From assembly GCA_021373135.1 (NCBI GenBank), contig JAJFTH010000003.1, positions 898,435-962,434 on the forward strand: a DNA stretch of 64,000 nt, given 5' to 3'. Of this stretch, positions 27,419 through 39,032 are shown piece after piece. The position numbers were made by a program, and so were the translations under genes. The DNA is from Bacteroidales bacterium. Its GTDB lineage: Bacteria > Bacteroidota > Bacteroidia > Bacteroidales > UBA1402. The notes beneath the pieces are model-generated. The model was given only the letters and a program-made list of their open reading frames with translations, was not told the DNA's origin and did no database searches. Each line of letters begins with the position of its first letter. The first letter of the stretch is position 1.

Positions 27419-28762
27419 TTATAAACGGGTCTTGATGGCTTTTGTTTCTGCTTCGTAACCTGGTTTCTCGAGCAGGGCAAACATGTTTTTCTTGTATGCC
27501 TCAACGCCCGGTTGGTCGAATGGGTTGACTTCCAGCAAATATCCGCTGATACCACAAGCTTTTTCGAAGAAATAGATCAATTGGCCGATGTAGTATTCGT
27601 TCAAAACAGGAACTTCCACTTTCAGGTTGGGTACGTTACCGTCCACATGAGCAATCTGTGTGCCGAGTTCCGCCATTTTGTTGACTTCGTCAACACGTTT
27701 TCCGGCCAGGTAATTCAGACCGTCCAGATTGTCTTTGTCTGATGGGATAACTACTTTGCGGTTGGCTTTATCGATGCTGATGACCGTTTCAAAGATGGTG
27801 CGCTCTCCTTGTTGGATCCATTGGCCCATGGAGTGTAAATCGGTGGTCAAATCGACAGCAGCAGGGTAAATGCCTTTGTTGTCCTTCCCTTCGCTTTCTC
27901 CGTACAATTGTTTCCACCATTCGGATACATAGTGAAGTTTGGGATTGAAATTCACCATGATTTCAATCTTCTTTCCCGATTTGTATAGTTCGTTGCGGGT
28001 AGCTGCATAAACAGCTGCCGGATTTTCCTCGAAAGGGGTTTCGAGGCCGCAAACTTTTTCCATGGATACCGCACCTGCTATCAGTTGTTTGATATCATAT
28101 CCTGCAACGGCGATGGGAAGCAAACCTACCGGAGTGAGTACGGAATAACGTCCGCCGATGTTGTCCGGAATGACATAAGTCTTATAGCCTTCCAGATTGG
28201 CTAAAGTGCGGAGTGCACCGCGCTTTGCATCTGTGATGGCGACAATGCGGCTCTTGGCTTCTTCTTTGCCTGCCTTGTTTTCCAATAGGGTCTTCAATAA
28301 ACGGAAAGCCAGGGCTGTTTCGGTAGTGGTGCCTGATTTGGAAATATTGATGATGCCAAAGGATTTGTTTTCCAGGTAATCGGTCAGTTCAGCCAGGTAG
28401 TCTTCGCTGATATTGTTTCCTGCATATAGGATGGCTGGATTTTTGCGGTTCTTCTGTAACCAATCGAAACTGTTGTTGAGTGCATCTATGACTGCTCTGG
28501 CTCCAAGATAGCTCCCTCCGATACCTGCCACGACAACTACTTCGCATTTGTTGCGAAGAATATTTGCGGTAGTTTGGATATCTTCCAGAAAGTCTGTCTG
28601 AACAGAAGAAGGCAGGTCGATCCAACCTAAAAAGTCGCAACCTTTTCCACTTCCTGCATGAAGCATTTTGTTGGCTTCGGCAGTTCTTGTTGCGTAACTT
28701 TTGATAGCTTCTTTTGAAACGAAACCCAACGATTTCTCGATGTTTAACTTGATATTTTCCAT
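27419..28762 (-). CDS. pgi: glucose-6-phosphate isomerase
   Basis: 447 aa of the short bacterial PGI type ([39 protein letters not shown]). Confidence 0.9.
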   Translation of the reverse strand: MENIKLNIEKSLGFVSKEAIKSYATRTAEANKMLHAGSGKGCDFLGWIDLPSSVQTDFLEDIQTTANILRNKCEVVVVAGIGGSYLGARAVIDALNNSFDWLQKNRKNPAILYAGNNISEDYLAELTDYLENKSFGIINISKSGTTTETALAFRLLKTLLENKAGKEEAKSRIVAITDAKRGALRTLANLEGYKTYVIPDNIGGRYSVLTPVGLLPIAVAGYDIKQLIAGAVSMEKVCGLETPFEENPAAVYAATRNELYKSGKKIEIMVNFNPKLHYVSEWWKQLYGESEGKDNKGIYPAAVDLTTDLHSMGQWIQQGERTIFETVISIDKANRKVVIPSDKDNLDGLNYLAGKRVDEVNKMAELGTQIAHVDGNVPNLKVEVPVLNEYYIGQLIYFFEKACGISGYLLEVNPFDQPGVEAYKKNMFALLEKPGYEAETKAIKTRL

Positions 28763-28767
28763 AATGA

Positions 28768-29766
28768 TTATCTTAAAGATTCAGTAAGTAATTTAATTTC
28801 AATGCTTGGTGATACCTTTTCGTATAAAATATTGTAGACTGCATCAAGGATGGGCATGTTGACATGATAGCATTCGTTGATTTCCTTGATACACTTTGTG
28901 GCGTAATAACCTTCGGCTATCATTTCCATTTCGAGGTGTGCTGTGCGTACGGAATAACCTTTACCGATCATCGTACCGAAAGTCCTGTTGCGACTGAATT
29001 TTGAATAGCCTGTAACGAGGAGGTCGCCCAAATAAACGGATTCGTTGATGTTTCTGATCATAGGAAAGGCTGTATTGATAAATCGGTTGATTTCCTGAAT
29101 GGAATTTGAAATCAGGACTGCCTGAAAATTGTCTCCGTATTTTTGACCATGACAAATACCTGCGGCGATGGCATAAACATTTTTGAGGGTTGAAGAATAC
29201 TCAATACCGTAAATGTCGTCGGAAATGGTGGTCTTGACAAAGCTGCAGGCGAATTTCTGAGCGATGCTTCTTGCCCTTTCTTTATTCACGCAGCCAATGG
29301 TCAGATAGGATAAACGTTCCAGTGCTACTTCTTCTGCATGGCAAGGGCCTCCGATGGCTGCGATATTCTCCATCGGTACATGGTACATTTTGTGGAAGTA
29401 ATCGGAGACAGATATATTTTCATCGGGCACGATGCCTTTGATGGCTGAAACAATGACTTTTTCGCTGATATCTTGTTTTAGTTTTTTGAGATGTTGCTTC
29501 AAATATGGAGAGGGTGTGGCGAAGATTAATACGTCTGAATTTTTTACGGCCAGGTTGATATTGCTGTAAAAGTGAATACGGCTGATATCAAACTTGATTG
29601 CCGTCAGATAGGATGGATTATGTGCCAGGCGCTTAAAATCCTCAATCTGACTGGGGCGGCGCATATACCAATTGATTTTTTCGGTACCGTTCATCATTAG
29701 GATTTTAGCAATAGCTGTGGCCCAACTACCTCCTCCCATGATGCAAAATTTACCCTCAAGTTCCAT
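28768..29766 (-). CDS. gpsA: NAD(P)H-dependent glycerol-3-phosphate dehydrogenase
   Basis: Rossmann motif [13 protein letters not shown] and a GpsA-like body ([13 protein letters not shown]...NRTFG...EGYYATK). Start set to the ATG at 29766 (MELEGKF), which removes the overlap with lysS. Confidence 0.85.
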   Translation of the reverse strand: MELEGKFCIMGGGSWATAIAKILMMNGTEKINWYMRRPSQIEDFKRLAHNPSYLTAIKFDISRIHFYSNINLAVKNSDVLIFATPSPYLKQHLKKLKQDISEKVIVSAIKGIVPDENISVSDYFHKMYHVPMENIAAIGGPCHAEEVALERLSYLTIGCVNKERARSIAQKFACSFVKTTISDDIYGIEYSSTLKNVYAIAAGICHGQKYGDNFQAVLISNSIQEINRFINTAFPMIRNINESVYLGDLLVTGYSKFSRNRTFGTMIGKGYSVRTAHLEMEMIAEGYYATKCIKEINECYHVNMPILDAVYNILYEKVSPSIEIKLLTESLR

Positions 29767-29777
29767 GTTTAATAGAT

Positions 29778-31508
29778 TTAGAGATTTGAAATCCAAGAAT
29801 TTACTTGATCGATTGTCGGGTTTACCAAATCTAATTTATATTTCTTGTTCAGGCCGCAAAGTTCCTGATGGAATTTCCCGGCTGAGACATTTTTCAGATT
29901 TTCGACTAGAATATATCCTGCTTTTTGCATGACCGGAACCCATTCTTCAGGAATTCCTATGGCGGTATAGGCATTGGTTGGGTCTTTCTTCACTGTTTTT
30001 TCAGGACGCATCTGTGGAAAGAAAAGAACTTCCTGAATGGTGGTCTGTCCGGTCATCAACATGACGAGACGGTCCATTCCTATACCCATACCTGATGTAG
30101 GGGGCATACCATATTCGAGTGCGCGAACAAAGTCCATATCGATGAACATGGCTTCGTCATCTCCTTTTTCAGCGAGTTTAAGCTGCTCCTGGAAACGTTC
30201 GAGCTGGTCAATCGGGTCATTGAGTTCTGAATAAGCATTGGCCAATTCCTTGCCGTTTACCATCAGTTCAAAACGTTCTGTCAGTTCCGGATTGTTGCGG
30301 TGACGCTTGCAAAGCGGTGACATTTCGCAGGGATAGTCGGTAATGAAAGTTGGTTGGATATATAAGCCTTCGCATTTAGCACCGAAAATCTCATCGATAA
30401 GTTTGCCTTTACCCATGGTTTCGTCTGCTTCGACTTCCAATTTTTTGCAGACCTCCCGAAGTTGTGCTTCATCCATGCCGTTGATGTCGATGCCGGTATT
30501 TTCCTTGATAGAGTCAATCATTGTCACACGGCGAAATGGAGTCTTGAAACTGATGGTCTGGTCTCCGACTTTCAGTTCGGTGGTCCCGTTCACTTCGAGT
30601 GCGATTCTTTCAAGCATCATTTCTGTGAAATCCATCATCCAGTTGTAATCTTTGTAGGAAACATAGATTTCCATGCAAGTGAATTCCGGATTGTGGGTGC
30701 GATCCATGCCTTCGTTACGGAAGTTTTTGGAGAATTCGTAAACACCTTCGAAGCCACCTACGATGAGACGTTTCAGATAAAGTTCATCTGCGACACGCAG
30801 GTAAAGCGGAATGTCCAATGCGTTGTGGTGGGTAATGAACGGTCTGGCCGCTGCTCCTCCGGGGATGGATTGCAGGATAGGCGTTTCAACTTCCATGTAG
30901 CCGCTTTCGTTGAAGAAGTTACGCATGGAGGTGAAAACTTGGGTTCGTTTGCGGAAAATATCTTTGACTTGACTGTTTACGACCAGATCAACATAACGTT
31001 GGCGGTAGCGGAGTTCCGGATCTGAAAATGCGTCAAAAATTTCACCGTCTTTTTCTTTCACGATGGGAAGGGGTCGGAGGGTCTTGGCCAAAACGGTAAG
31101 CGACTCTGCATGAACGGATATTTCACCCATTTGAGTACGGAATACGTATCCTTTGATTCCTACGAAGTCACCTATGTCCAGTAATTTTTTGAAAACGGTA
31201 TTGTAGAGTTCCTTATCGTTTTCATCGGGGCAAATGCCGTCACGGGCGATATAGACCTGAATACGACCTGCAGAATCCTGCAATTCCATGAAAGAGGCTT
31301 TACCCATGATGCGGCGGGTCATGATACGACCTGCAATGCAAACCTGACGTTTCTCTTCAATTTCGTCTTTGAAATTTTCTTTAATTTCAGTGGAGAATGC
31401 GTCTGTGGGATAAGCTTCTGCCGGATAGGGGTTGATGCCTGCATCACGCAGGTCTTGTAGGCTCTGACGACGGCCAAATTCTTGTTCGCTCAGTTCTAAA
31501 GGATTCAT
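29778..31508 (-). CDS. lysS: lysine--tRNA ligase (class II) with about 75-aa C-terminal extension
   Basis: Anticodon-binding OB region (VCIAGRIMTRRIMGKASFMELQDSAGRIQVY). Class II motifs (FRNEGMDRTHNPEFTCMEIY, GMGIGMDRLVM). Confidence 0.92.
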   Translation of the reverse strand: MNPLELSEQEFGRRQSLQDLRDAGINPYPAEAYPTDAFSTEIKENFKDEIEEKRQVCIAGRIMTRRIMGKASFMELQDSAGRIQVYIARDGICPDENDKELYNTVFKKLLDIGDFVGIKGYVFRTQMGEISVHAESLTVLAKTLRPLPIVKEKDGEIFDAFSDPELRYRQRYVDLVVNSQVKDIFRKRTQVFTSMRNFFNESGYMEVETPILQSIPGGAAARPFITHHNALDIPLYLRVADELYLKRLIVGGFEGVYEFSKNFRNEGMDRTHNPEFTCMEIYVSYKDYNWMMDFTEMMLERIALEVNGTTELKVGDQTISFKTPFRRVTMIDSIKENTGIDINGMDEAQLREVCKKLEVEADETMGKGKLIDEIFGAKCEGLYIQPTFITDYPCEMSPLCKRHRNNPELTERFELMVNGKELANAYSELNDPIDQLERFQEQLKLAEKGDDEAMFIDMDFVRALEYGMPPTSGMGIGMDRLVMLMTGQTTIQEVLFFPQMRPEKTVKKDPTNAYTAIGIPEEWVPVMQKAGYILVENLKNVSAGKFHQELCGLNKKYKLDLVNPTIDQVNSWISNL

Positions 31509-31536
31509 ATATATTGTTTTATATTTTAAAATGGAA

Positions 31537-32895
31537 TCACTTCAACAGTGAAATTAATTCACAGACAGGGATGGTTTTTTGTTCCCCACTGGTCATATTT
31601 TTTAGGGTGATGCTGTTTGCTGCCAGTTCTGTTTCGCCTGCGATGGCTACATATTCCACTTTCCTGACATTGGCATAACTCATTTGTTTTTTCATTTTGG
31701 AGGCTTCCGGGAATATTTCTGCTGAGATGCCGGCTTCACGGACAGCTTTGATGATCGGTAGGCAGTAGGCGCATTCTTTTTCACCAAAATTGGTGAACAT
31801 CACTTTGGTCGTACGCAGTGCTTCTGCCGGATAAAGATGGAGGGTGTTCAGTACATCAAAAATACGGTCAGCACCAAAGGAAATACCCACGCCTGAAACG
31901 TCTGGAAGGCCGAATACACCGGTGAGGTTGTCATATCGACCTCCTCCTGTGATGCTTCCCATTTCAGCATCTATTGCCTTGACTTCGAAAATGGCTCCTG
32001 TATAGTAATTAAGGCCTCTGGCTAAGCGAAGATCCAACTCTATTTGTGCGCCGAGGTTGAGGTCTTTTGTCAGACTGAAAATGGTTTCCAGCTCCTCTAT
32101 TCCTTTCAACCCGATCTCTGATTTGGCTATGATTGTTTTTAAGTTGCTGATTTTGGATTCGTAGGAACCTTCGAGTTGAAGAATGGGCTGTAGTTTTACA
32201 ATAGCTTCGGTTGAAAGGCCTTTTTCTTCCAGTTCTCTGTTGACGTTTTCTGCACCGATCTTGTCGAATTTGTCAATGGCGACGGTGATGTCTGTAAGGT
32301 GTTTCGTTTCACCAATGATTTCAGCAATGCCACTCAGGATTTTGCGGTTGTTGAGTTTGATGCAAACCTTCAGCCCGAAGCGTTTGAACACTTCATCAAT
32401 AATCTGGATCAGTTCGACTTCGTTCAGGAGAGAATCGCTGCCGACAACATCCGCATCGCATTGGAAAAATTCGCGGTAACGGCCTTTTTGCGGGCGGTCT
32501 GCGCGCCACACCGGTTGTATCTGGAAACGTTTGAAAGGGAAGTCAATGTCGTTGCGGTGCATCACAACGTAACGTGCAAAGGGTACAGTCAAATCGTAAC
32601 GTAAGCCTTTTTCGGAAATCTTGTTGGTCAGTTTCACTGAGTTGTGTGCCAGAAGTTCGTCCTGGTCTACACCGCCGATAAAATCGCCTGAATTTAAGAT
32701 CTTGAAAAGTAATTTGTCGCCTTCTTCGCCGTATTTTCCCATCAATGTGGAAAGGTTTTCCATCGCAGGGGTTTCGATTTGCTGAAATCCGTACAGGTAA
32801 AAAACCGATCGTATGGTGTCGAAGATATAATTTCGTTTCGCCATTTCTTCGGGCGAAAAATCGCGCGTTCCTTTTGGAATGGATGGTTTTTGCAT
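31537..32895 (-). CDS. hisS: histidine--tRNA ligase
   Basis: [30 protein letters not shown] and GGGRYDNL are HisRS signature blocks. Confidence 0.92.
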   Translation of the reverse strand: MQKPSIPKGTRDFSPEEMAKRNYIFDTIRSVFYLYGFQQIETPAMENLSTLMGKYGEEGDKLLFKILNSGDFIGGVDQDELLAHNSVKLTNKISEKGLRYDLTVPFARYVVMHRNDIDFPFKRFQIQPVWRADRPQKGRYREFFQCDADVVGSDSLLNEVELIQIIDEVFKRFGLKVCIKLNNRKILSGIAEIIGETKHLTDITVAIDKFDKIGAENVNRELEEKGLSTEAIVKLQPILQLEGSYESKISNLKTIIAKSEIGLKGIEELETIFSLTKDLNLGAQIELDLRLARGLNYYTGAIFEVKAIDAEMGSITGGGRYDNLTGVFGLPDVSGVGISFGADRIFDVLNTLHLYPAEALRTTKVMFTNFGEKECAYCLPIIKAVREAGISAEIFPEASKMKKQMSYANVRKVEYVAIAGETELAANSITLKNMTSGEQKTIPVCELISLLK

Positions 32896-32904
32896 CTGAA
32901 TATT

Positions 32905-33651
32905 TTAGTCCCGGCTTCTACCGCCAAGGAAAATAAGAATATAATAAACCAAAGTGGCCAAAGAAGAGAGTGCTGCTACAACGTATGTGTAGGCAGCCCA
33001 TTTCAGAGCATCCGTGGCCATCGGGTATGTTGAGTTATTGGTGATACCGGCATTGCTCAGCCAAGTGACGGCACGCCTGCTTGCGTTGATTTCAACGGGA
33101 AGTGTGATGAAACTGAACAGGGTGGTCAATGCGAAAAGAACAATTCCTGCTATCATGAGTTGTGGGAATGAATTTATCGTAAAGATACCTGCAAGCAGAA
33201 TCCATTGCATCCATCTGGATGCAAAGCTGACGGAAGGAACCATTTTGGATCGCATGTTCAAAAAGGCATAAGAGGTAGCATGTTGGACGGCGTGTCCGCA
33301 TTCGTGTGCGGCAACGGCTGCAGCTGCAATGCTGTTACTCAGGTAGACTTCATCACTCAGATTGACAATCTTGGTGGCAGGGTTGTAGTGGTCGGTCAAC
33401 TGGCCGCCTACATGTTGAACCTTTACATCGTTGATTCCGTTTTCGCGAAGCATTTTTTCAGCTATATCTTTTCCTGTCATACCGTTAGGCATAGCCACTT
33501 CGCTGTACTTTTTGAATTTGGATTTTAATGTTCTTTGGATAACCCAACTCAATAGTGCAAAGAAAATAAATATACCGTAAATCATTAAGTTTGATCCGCC
33601 GATATGAGCACCGGTTTGTGTAAATTGTGCAAAGATGAGGTTGTATATCAT
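32905..33651 (-). CDS. membrane zinc metallopeptidase (Zn_peptidase_2 family)
   Basis: HExxH site AHECGHAVQH, flanked by TM helices. The true start may be the internal MIYGIFIFF at about 33585. Confidence 0.7.
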   Translation of the reverse strand: MIYNLIFAQFTQTGAHIGGSNLMIYGIFIFFALLSWVIQRTLKSKFKKYSEVAMPNGMTGKDIAEKMLRENGINDVKVQHVGGQLTDHYNPATKIVNLSDEVYLSNSIAAAAVAAHECGHAVQHATSYAFLNMRSKMVPSVSFASRWMQWILLAGIFTINSFPQLMIAGIVLFALTTLFSFITLPVEINASRRAVTWLSNAGITNNSTYPMATDALKWAAYTYVVAALSSLATLVYYILIFLGGRSRD

Positions 33652-33654
33652 GAT

Positions 33655-34923
33655 TTAATAGTTATAACGTTCAATGGTTTGTGCGCGATCCGGGCCGACA
33701 GAAACAATTTTGATCCGAACGCCCAGTTGTTCTTCGAGAAAGCTTAAGTAGTTGTTGAATTCTTCAGGGAATTCGTCTTCGGACTGCATCTTAGTCATGT
33801 CGGTCTTCCATCCCGGCAATTCAGTATAGATCGGTTCGACGCCTTCGTTGATGTCGAAAGGAAAGTCTTCGGTTTCTTCACCGTTCACTTGATAGGCTAT
33901 GCAGGCTTTGATGGTATCAAAGTTGTCCATGACATCGCTTTTCATCATGATAAGGTCAGAGACACCATTAATCATGATGGCGTAGCGGAGTGCGACTAAA
34001 TCTATCCAGCCGCAACGGCGTGGGCGACCTGTGACAGACCCGTATTCGTGTCCATTGTCACGAAGGAGTTGTCCGGCTTTGTCAAACAATTCGGTTGGAA
34101 ATGGTCCGCTGCCTACGCGGGTGCAATAAGCCTTGAAAATGCCATAGACATTTCCGATGTTGCGTGGGGCTACGCCAAGACCGGTACAGGCACCTGCACA
34201 GATGGTGTTGGAAGAGGTGACAAAGGGGTAGGATCCAAAATCAATGTCAAGCATGGTGCCTTGAGCACCTTCACAGAGTACACCTTTTTTTTCTTTGAGC
34301 TTTTTGTTGATGAAATGCTCACTGTCAATGAATTTGAATTGTTTCAGACATTCGACTCCTTCAAACCATTCTTTTTCGATGGGAGCCAGGTCGTATTTGA
34401 AATTCATCTGGTCGAGCAGAATTTTATGACGATCAGTGGCAGCTTTGTATTTGGCCTCGAAATTGTTCAGTAAATCTCCGACACGCAGACCATTACGGCT
34501 GACTTTGTCGGTGTAGGCAGGGCCGATGCCTTTTCCGGTAGTTCCGATTTTTCCTGCGCCTTTGGATGCTTCATTGGCGGCATCCAATAAACGGTGGGTC
34601 GGTAGGATTAGGTGGGCTTTTTTGGAGATAAGCAATCTTTCTGTAAGCGGATGTCCGCTGGCCATCAGCTGTTCAACTTCAACTTTGAACAATGCGGGGT
34701 CAAGTACGACGCCGTTTCCGATGATATTGATTTTGTCTCCTTGAAATATTCCGGAGGGAATGGATCTGAGCACATATTTTTGTCCATTAAATTCCAAGGT
34801 GTGTCCGGCATTGGGACCACCCTGAAATCGACACACCACGTCGTAACGGGGTGTCAGGACATCTACAACTTTTCCTTTTCCTTCATCGCCCCACTGGAGC
34901 CCAAGCAAAACATCTACTTTCAT
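33655..34923 (-). CDS. purA: adenylosuccinate synthase
   Basis: The P-loop-like GLQWGDEGKGK, GPNAGHT and TTGKGIGPAY are canonical PurA blocks. Confidence 0.95.
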   Translation of the reverse strand: MKVDVLLGLQWGDEGKGKVVDVLTPRYDVVCRFQGGPNAGHTLEFNGQKYVLRSIPSGIFQGDKINIIGNGVVLDPALFKVEVEQLMASGHPLTERLLISKKAHLILPTHRLLDAANEASKGAGKIGTTGKGIGPAYTDKVSRNGLRVGDLLNNFEAKYKAATDRHKILLDQMNFKYDLAPIEKEWFEGVECLKQFKFIDSEHFINKKLKEKKGVLCEGAQGTMLDIDFGSYPFVTSSNTICAGACTGLGVAPRNIGNVYGIFKAYCTRVGSGPFPTELFDKAGQLLRDNGHEYGSVTGRPRRCGWIDLVALRYAIMINGVSDLIMMKSDVMDNFDTIKACIAYQVNGEETEDFPFDINEGVEPIYTELPGWKTDMTKMQSEDEFPEEFNNYLSFLEEQLGVRIKIVSVGPDRAQTIERYNY

Positions 34924-35042
34924 ATACGAACGAGTTTATTTTTACAACATGGCCGCATTAAACCTCATAGTCGCTTTTTTCTTGGTGAACGGCTATGCCG
35001 GTTTATATCTTACGGATTTTTGACTTTGAAAACCTTGAAAAC

Positions 35043-35073
35043 AAATAAACCGGACAAATGTTTCCTTTGCCCG
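35043..35073 (-). terminator. putative terminator hairpin downstream of the 35184-35726 gene
   Basis: Minus-strand CGGGCAAA-GGAAACA-TTTGTCCG (8 bp with 1 mismatch), followed by GTTTATTTGTTTT. Confidence 0.35.
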
Positions 35074-35183
35074 ACATTTAAATGTCTGTTCCTGACCTTG
35101 TTTCAGAAACCTGACAAAGATACAAAAAGAATGTAGAAATAGTGTTTGTTTGGCGAAATTCCTTGATGATATTGACTGGAAAA

Positions 35184-35726
35184 TTATACAATTTTAGCAC
35201 GTTCAAGAAAACGTTCAGCTGATTGTTGTAGTCTGAAATTGTTGGAAAAGAGGTCTTTTTCCGCCAGTTGTATCGCGGAGGAGAGCTCCGGAAGGCTCTT
35301 TTTCCCGATAATCAGACGAAGGAGTAAAGTATAACCTGCTGTCCTGATTTCAGGTGCTTCATTGTTGATCCATTCCATGGTTTTTTCAGGTGCATAGTCC
35401 AGGTGTTGCAACAGATTGAAACAGAGTTGCTCCATTAATTCCGGAACGAAACAGTCTTTCAGCCACAGGTCAGCTTTCTCGGATGTGAATGCTGTTTTTG
35501 GGAAGAGCAGTGTGGCCAGAATCTTGCATTCACGGGCGTTTTCTCCCCAAAGATGTTCTGCCAATGCTGCATTTGGCTCAAATTGCCTGGCTATGTCTCG
35601 AAGTGACATGGCGTCCAAGCCGTAGTTCAGTTTATAGTTCAGTCCACTGTTGCGCATAGCAGTTGAGGCTACGCCGTTCATGCGTAGCCTCAACATTTTT
35701 TTTATCTGATGGATTTGCTCTTTCAA
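35184..35726 (-). CDS. DNA alkylation repair (AlkD/HEAT-like repeat) family protein
   Basis: 180-aa helical protein. The pattern NYKLNYGLDAMSLRDIARQF...LAEHLWGENARECKILATLLFP matches my recollection of the DNA_alkylation family. Confidence 0.5.
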   Translation of the reverse strand: MKEQIHQIKKMLRLRMNGVASTAMRNSGLNYKLNYGLDAMSLRDIARQFEPNAALAEHLWGENARECKILATLLFPKTAFTSEKADLWLKDCFVPELMEQLCFNLLQHLDYAPEKTMEWINNEAPEIRTAGYTLLLRLIIGKKSLPELSSAIQLAEKDLFSNNFRLQQSAERFLERAKIV

Positions 35727-35727
35727 A

Positions 35728-37776
35728 TCAGTTGTAAGTTGGTAATGTCTTATATTGTTTGGAATAGCGCAGGTGCTGTTCTGCGTAGCCTTCCGTATAG
35801 CTGACTTTCACATCCTTGATTTTGCCGTTTTTGTCAAATTCCGGGGTGTAGACCGGATTGACAAAGCCTTTGTAAGGAGCCAGATTCAATGCTTTATAGC
35901 GTTCCAGTATTTCCTTGTGTAAAATAGGATCAACTTTTACGGCATAAGTTTCGATTAATTTCTGTGCAGCCTTGTAGTCCCCGGTAGACCGAATGCGCTG
36001 GATTTCTGCCAGTAATTCTCCAAAAAGGGTACGAACCTTTTGGTAGTCGTTGATGACGACGTAGGTCTTTCCGTCTTTTTTACGGAATTCAACAGCTTTG
36101 GAGGGGGTTGCTTTCTCATAAACCCAGCGTGCTATCAGGGCACGGTTGCGCATGTGTGATTCTTCGATGTTGTTGCCTGGACTGATGCGGGTGAGCTGAG
36201 TCATCAGACCGTTCATCAGATATTTGTAGTATTCAGCCTTATAGGCTTCCTTGTTTGGTACAAGTTTTAAATCAATCATTCTTTGATCAGCCAGATAATA
36301 TAATCCGAACAGATCGGCACGGGCTTCCTCTATCGTTGAGCCGTATGATTTCAAACCATCAGGGTCAACACCCGGCAGCAATTTACCGGATCCGTGTCCC
36401 AGACATTCGTGTAAGTCTGTATGTAGATTATCGGTCAGGAAACCGTATTTTTCAACTAATCCGACTTCGACGTCGCTCCACATGAACTCTTCATTGAAGC
36501 CTGTCCCCTGTGTCGCTTTGTCATAAGCTTCGGTGATATTTTCAATGGTCACGGATTTGGAACCGTGGTCACGGCGTATCCAGTTGGCATTTGGAAGGTT
36601 GATGCCGATAGGAGTGGTCGGATAGCAATCTCCTGCAAGGATAGAAACGTTGATGACTTTGGCTGTTACGCCTTTGACTTTTTCTTTTTTGAATTCTTTG
36701 GCAACAGGAGAATGATCTTCAAACCATTGTGCATTGTTGCTAATGGTCTCCGTGCGTTTGGTGGCTTCCTCGTTCTTAAAGTTGACGATGCTTTCCCAGC
36801 TGGCCTTGAGACCAATCGGATCTCCGTATGTTTCGATGAAACCGTTCACAAAATCCACACGTGAATTGAGATCTTCAACCCAAAGGATGCTGTAGTCGTC
36901 AAAAGTTTTAAGATCTCCGGTTTTGTAATATTCAATGAGTTTTTGGATGATTTCGGCTTGTTTTTCGTTTTCAGCAACTTGAGAGGCTTTCTCCAGCCAA
37001 TAAATGATTTTTGTGATGGCCTGTCCGTAAAGTGCGTCTGCTTTCCAGACCTTTTCTGTCACTTTGCCGTTCTCCTTGACCAAACGACTGTTCAGTCCAT
37101 AAGAAATGGGCGTGTTGTCTTTGGGATCCTTGAGTGCATTGTAAAAATCTTCGGCTTCTTTTTGGGTGACACCTTGGTAATAATTGTTGGCAGAGGTGAG
37201 TATCAGGTCTTGTCCGTCTGTCTGATTGAGTCGTTTGGCATCAATTTTCGGATCAAAAATGATGGGAGCCAATTTGTCGAGAAGTTCTTGTACGGTTTCA
37301 CCATCGCTTAAAGGCAGTGAGTCTTGGTTGACAGATAGAACGGCCTTGGTGAAAAAATCTTTGGAGAAACCGGGCACAAATTTATCGGTAGCATAATGGT
37401 GATGGATACCGTTTGAAACCCAGACGCGTTTGAGATAGGTTTCGAATTCTTTCCAGTCTTTGCTTGTCTTGTCTACTTGGCCATACTGATAGATGGCTTC
37501 CATGGTACGGCGGATGCAAAGATTGTGTTTGCAATTCTGATCGTAGATGATGTCGCGACCCTGTAGGGCAGCTTCATTCAGATAATAAATCAGCTCTTTT
37601 TGTTTTAAGGACAATTTGTCGAAGCCAGGTACTTGATAACGCAAGATTTGAATATCGGCGAATTGGTCCACTGCATAATTGAAATCTGAATCAGCCTGTT
37701 CCGCTTTTTTAGAAGTAGAGCAAGCAGAAAAACAAAATAACGCTGAAAGCATACTGAGATATATTAGTTTTTTCAT
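35728..37776 (-). CDS. dipeptidyl-peptidase III family (peptidase M49) lipoprotein
   Basis: M49 zinc motifs HECLGHGSG (HExxGH) and EEARADL (EExxAE/D). Lipobox FCFSAC. Start set to the ATG at 37776 (MKKLIYLSML). Confidence 0.8.
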   Translation of the reverse strand: MKKLIYLSMLSALFCFSACSTSKKAEQADSDFNYAVDQFADIQILRYQVPGFDKLSLKQKELIYYLNEAALQGRDIIYDQNCKHNLCIRRTMEAIYQYGQVDKTSKDWKEFETYLKRVWVSNGIHHHYATDKFVPGFSKDFFTKAVLSVNQDSLPLSDGETVQELLDKLAPIIFDPKIDAKRLNQTDGQDLILTSANNYYQGVTQKEAEDFYNALKDPKDNTPISYGLNSRLVKENGKVTEKVWKADALYGQAITKIIYWLEKASQVAENEKQAEIIQKLIEYYKTGDLKTFDDYSILWVEDLNSRVDFVNGFIETYGDPIGLKASWESIVNFKNEEATKRTETISNNAQWFEDHSPVAKEFKKEKVKGVTAKVINVSILAGDCYPTTPIGINLPNANWIRRDHGSKSVTIENITEAYDKATQGTGFNEEFMWSDVEVGLVEKYGFLTDNLHTDLHECLGHGSGKLLPGVDPDGLKSYGSTIEEARADLFGLYYLADQRMIDLKLVPNKEAYKAEYYKYLMNGLMTQLTRISPGNNIEESHMRNRALIARWVYEKATPSKAVEFRKKDGKTYVVINDYQKVRTLFGELLAEIQRIRSTGDYKAAQKLIETYAVKVDPILHKEILERYKALNLAPYKGFVNPVYTPEFDKNGKIKDVKVSYTEGYAEQHLRYSKQYKTLPTYN

Positions 37777-37911
37777 ACAAAAATGATGTATTTCTTTGTA
37801 AATTATTTTTACAAGCATTTCGCTGTAAGTCATTTCAAGAGGGAGCGAATAACAAGGCGCAACATACGAGTCATACCGGAGTGTGCTTTACGTAAGTGAG
37901 GATTGACGAAC

Positions 37912-38991
37912 TTATAAGCTCGTACACTTATTGCACAAATACATGTCGAGCATCACCATTGCCGCCATCGCCTCGACAATGGGCACAGCCCTCGGCAATA
38001 CGCACGGGTCATGACGCCCTTCTGCCTTGAACTCAATGTCATTTCCTGAAGCATTGACTGTATGCTGCTCCATTAAAATGGTGGCTACAGGTTTGAAGGC
38101 TACCCGAAAATAGATGTCCTCTCCATTTGAAATTCCACCTTGAATTCCACCGGAGTTGTTGGTCTTGGTGTGAATTTTTCCATTATTTGAATAGAAGATG
38201 TCATTGACTTCAGAACCAAGGTGGTCTACATCGAAACCGGAACCATATTCAAACCCTTTGGCTGCATTGATGGAAAGCATAGCCGACCCCAAAATTGCAT
38301 GAAGTTTGTCGAAAACAGGCTCACCAAGGCCTACTGGTGTCCCCTGTATGACACAGGTGACGATGCCACCGATGGTGTCTCCTTTTGCCTTGACTTGGGT
38401 AATAAGCTCGGACATTTTTTTGGCCATTTCAGGATCAGGACATCTTACCGGATTCTTTTCAATCTGGCTAAAGTCATAGACTGAATAATCCGATCCCAAT
38501 TTGAGGGGGCCTACCTGTGAGGTGTAAGCTGTAATTTTGATGCCAAGCTGGTTTAAAGCAAGTTTGGCAATAGCACCTGCCACAACACGGGCGATGGTTT
38601 CACGGGCGGAAGACCTGCCTCCACCCCGGTTGTCACGTATGCCGTATTTTTGCTGGTAGGTATAATCAGCATGTGAAGGACGATACAAATCTTTCATGGA
38701 ATTGTAGTCGCCCGACCTTTGCTTGGCATTCCAGACACAAAAGGCTATGGGTGTACCTGTCGTTTTTCCTTCGAAAATACCTGAAAAAAACTCTACTTCG
38801 TCTGACTCATTTCTGGATGTTGTCAGGCTTGATTGTCCGGGTTTGCGCCTGTTCAACTCTTTTTGGATAAAAGGAATATCCAGTCCGATACCTGCAGGAC
38901 AACCGTCAATGACACCACCGATCCCTCTTCCGTGAGATTCTCCGAAAGAGGTGAGTGTAAAGATTTTTCCGAATGTGTTACTCATAGCCAT
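37912..38991 (-). CDS. aroC: chorismate synthase
   Basis: [22 protein letters not shown] and GRHDPC blocks. Confidence 0.93.
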   Translation of the reverse strand: MAMSNTFGKIFTLTSFGESHGRGIGGVIDGCPAGIGLDIPFIQKELNRRKPGQSSLTTSRNESDEVEFFSGIFEGKTTGTPIAFCVWNAKQRSGDYNSMKDLYRPSHADYTYQQKYGIRDNRGGGRSSARETIARVVAGAIAKLALNQLGIKITAYTSQVGPLKLGSDYSVYDFSQIEKNPVRCPDPEMAKKMSELITQVKAKGDTIGGIVTCVIQGTPVGLGEPVFDKLHAILGSAMLSINAAKGFEYGSGFDVDHLGSEVNDIFYSNNGKIHTKTNNSGGIQGGISNGEDIYFRVAFKPVATILMEQHTVNASGNDIEFKAEGRHDPCVLPRAVPIVEAMAAMVMLDMYLCNKCTSL

Positions 38992-39032
38992 TAAATATTT
39001 TTAATGCAATTTAAAGGCTTGGCTAAAATGGA

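Noticed and set aside
30462-31025. 187-aa plus-strand ORF antisense to lysS.
   Set aside because: It is nested in lysS. Its sequence is dominated by residues produced by reverse-reading of a biased frame, with no independent signals.
34612-35136. 174-aa plus-strand ORF spanning the purA 5' end (antisense) and the purA upstream region.
   Set aside because: Half of it is antisense to the conserved PurA P-loop region, and the remainder is low-complexity intergenic translation.
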